From Octopus vulgaris (taxonomy: Eukaryota): DNA of 64,000 nt. The DNA is taken from contig OX597842.1 of assembly GCA_951406725.2 (NCBI GenBank), positions 1,302,001 to 1,366,000 on the forward strand, in the 5' to 3' direction. The translations under genes and the position numbers were made by a program. The notes below the pieces were generated by a model. It did no database searches. It was not told the origin of the DNA and saw only the letters and a list, made by a program, of their open reading frames with translations. Shown piece after piece: positions 61,543-64,000 of the stretch. Position 1 is the stretch's first letter. Each line of letters begins with the position of its first letter.

Positions 61543-63360
61543 GGTGGTTGTCTACTCCTTATGCAGAGTTTGACTACTTCCTGTATCTACACCTTCGATC
61601 CATCATGGCATTTCGAAAAGACACCCGCATAGACTACATATCCAATTTGGACCATCAAGAACTGCTGTTAAGTTCTGATCTTTGTGGGTCTTAAAATGTC
61701 TTTTGAGGCCTCCATTAGATAAGCAAACCTTCTGGCATACAAATTGCATTGAAAGGTGAGCACAGGAATAGAGGCAGAATAGTTGGTGGAGGTTTGTTTT
61801 CCATGGGTTTGCAAATGAGATTTGAGACCAGCAAAAGAAAAGCAGGGTCTCTCACAAACTGTGCTCACAAGAAAGGTCTCTGAGATTTACATTCTTCTTT
61901 AAATCTTTGAGTCTTAAATCTTTAAATCTTTGAGTCTTAAATCTTTAAATCTTTGAGTCTTAAATCTTTAAATCTTTGAGTTTTAAATCTTTAAATCTTT
62001 GAGTCTTAAATCTTTAAATCTTTGAGTCTTAAATCTTTAAATCTTTAAATCTTAAATAAATCTTTAAATCTTTGAGTCTTAAATCTTAAATCTTTGAGTC
62101 TTAAAGAGTCTTAAATCTTTATTTGAGCTTAATCTTTAAATCTTTGAGCTTTAAATCTTTAAATCTTTGAGTCTTAAATCTTTAAATCTTTGAGTCTTAA
62201 ATCTTTAAATCTTTGAGTCTTAAATCTTTAAATCTTTGAGCTTTAAATCTTTAAATCTTTGAGTCTTAAATCTTTAAATCTTTGAGTCTTAAATCTTTAA
62301 ATCTTTGAGTCTTAAATCTTTAAATCTTTAAATCTTAAATCTTTAAATCTTTGAGTCTTAAATCTTTAAATCTTAAATTTTGAGTCTTAAATCTTTAAAT
62401 CTTTATCTTAAATCTTAAATCTTTGAGTTTAAATCTTTAAATCTTTCAGTCTTAAATCATTAAATCTTTGAGTCTTAAATCATTAAATCTTTGAGTCTTA
62501 AATCTTTAAATCTTTGAGTCTTAAATCTTTAAATCTTTGAGTCTTAAATCTTTAAATCTTTAAATCTTAAATCTTTGAGTCTTAAATCTTTAAATCTTTG
62601 AGTCTTAAATCTTTAAATCTTTGAGTCTTAAATCTTTAAATCTTTCAGTCTTAAATCATTAAATCTTTGAGTCTTAAATCATTAAATCTTTGAGTCTTAA
62701 ATCATTAAATCTTTGAGTTTTAAATCTTTAAATCTTTGAGTCTTAAATCTTTAAATCTTTAAATCTTAAATCTTTGAGTCTTAAATCTTTAAATCTTTGA
62801 GTCTTAAATCTTTAAATCTTTGAGTCTTAAATCTTTAAATCTTTAAATCTTAAATCTTTAAATCTTTGAGTCTTAAATCTTTAAATCTTTCAGTCTTAAA
62901 TCATTAACTCTTTGAGTCTTAAATCATTAAATCTTTGAGTCTTAAATCATTAAATCTTTGAGTTTTAAATCTTTAAATCTTTGAGTCTTAAATCTTTAAA
63001 TCTTTAAATCTTAAATCTTTGAGTCTTAAATCTTTCTTAAATCTTTAAATCTTTGAGTCTTAAATCTTTAAATCTTTGAGTCTTAAATCTTTAAATCTTT
63101 AAATCTTAAATCTTTAAATCTTTGAGTCTTACATGTGTCATCCTGGCCTTCGCAAATGCTTTCACGCCACTCCAAACTTTTGATCAGTTCCAATTTAAAC
63201 TTGATTAATCATCAAACCTACAATAAAATCGGCTCTTCCCATGACCATCCTGCCATAATTGGCACAAAGTATATCTGGGAGCGAGTAATCTGATATGTCA
63301 TTTCTTTCTAAAAGACATTGCATATGACTTGAGATATGGCTGCCGTTACAGGTAATTCTA
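61543..63360 (-). pseudogene. Decayed RTE-clade LINE 3' end with two C2H2 fingers, split by a 23-bp satellite
   Basis: Minus: VWSGVKAFAKARMTHVRLK [satellite] LKKNVNLRD .. CERPCFSFAGLKSHLQTH .. [23 protein letters not shown]. Confidence 0.72.
61896..63131. repeat. 23-bp minisatellite (TTAAATCTTTGAGTCTTAAATCT)n, ~54 units
   Basis: Direct inspection; built from 7-8-bp subunits TTAAATCT / TTGAGTCT. Confidence 0.97.
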
Positions 63361-64000
63361 TGCACACCTGAGATTTGTCATACATATTTGTGTATATATG
63401 TATATATATATGTGCGTATGTGTGCATATGCTTGGTGTATATTCATATATATGTATGTGCATATGTTTGTGTATACATGTGCATGTATGTGTGTGTGTGT
63501 ATATATATATACAGATATGTATGTGTGTGCATATGTATGTATTTGTGCATGTATGTATATATAAATATGTATTTGTGTATGTATGAATACATGAATATGT
63601 ATATATGTGTGGGTGTGCATGCATATGTGTGCACACATGTGTGTGCATATATATATGTATGCACATACATGCACTTATATATATATGTATGCATATAAGC
63701 ACATATATACATATATGTATGCATATACACACACATATATATATATATATACACTTGTGTGAGTTTACACACGTGTGTGCGGAGGTGCATGTGTGTGTGT
63801 GTATGTGTGCACATATGTATATATGTATATGTGTGTGCTTGTGTGTATGCATATAAGCATATATATACATATATGTATGCATATACACACACACACATGT
63901 GAGTGTACACACATATATATGTGTGTTTGTGTGTGTGCATGTGTGTGTGTGCGTGTGTGTGTATGTGTGTGTGTGTGTGTTTGTATGTGTGTGTGTGTTT

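Noticed and set aside
61668-61868. Host C2H2 zinc-finger gene exon
   Set aside because: Fingers are frameshifted, lack TGEKP linkers and sit at the expected C-terminal position of an RTE-type LINE

Overview
AT-rich, repeat-saturated eukaryotic non-coding DNA (intergenic or intronic). The tRNA-derived SINE families and the extreme (AT)n/(AAT)n/(GATA)n microsatellite density suggest a coleoid cephalopod (octopus-like) genome; this is an inference from family recognition. I found no host protein-coding exon, rRNA, genuine tRNA or CRISPR array. Nearly all ORFs in the track are microsatellite or satellite read-throughs. The real coding remnants are all transposon-derived: a 5'-truncated R4/Dong-type non-LTR retrotransposon (RT C-terminus, CCHC, RLE nuclease) in (AAT)n, several RTE-clade LINE fragments and mariner transposase C-termini. 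Also present are about 30 SINE copies from several modular families, HINE/Helentron-type and Helitron non-autonomous elements, and TTAA (piggyBac-type) and mariner MITEs. Three signals stand out. (1) A Penelope/retrozyme-like RNA system: a tandem array of ~325-bp units each carrying a minimal hammerhead-ribozyme motif (4170-6740), a canonical-looking type I hammerhead (16164-16249, second copy ~22794-22880), further degenerate hammerheads, and six unrelated ~90-140-bp foldback elements lying mostly in microsatellites. (2) A 7.45-kb satellite made of the first 33 nt (A-box) of the dominant SINE, with an internal inversion and a dimeric higher-order block. (3) Two further tandem repeats born from LINE coding sequence. 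Coordinates were read by eye and are approximate to a few bases.
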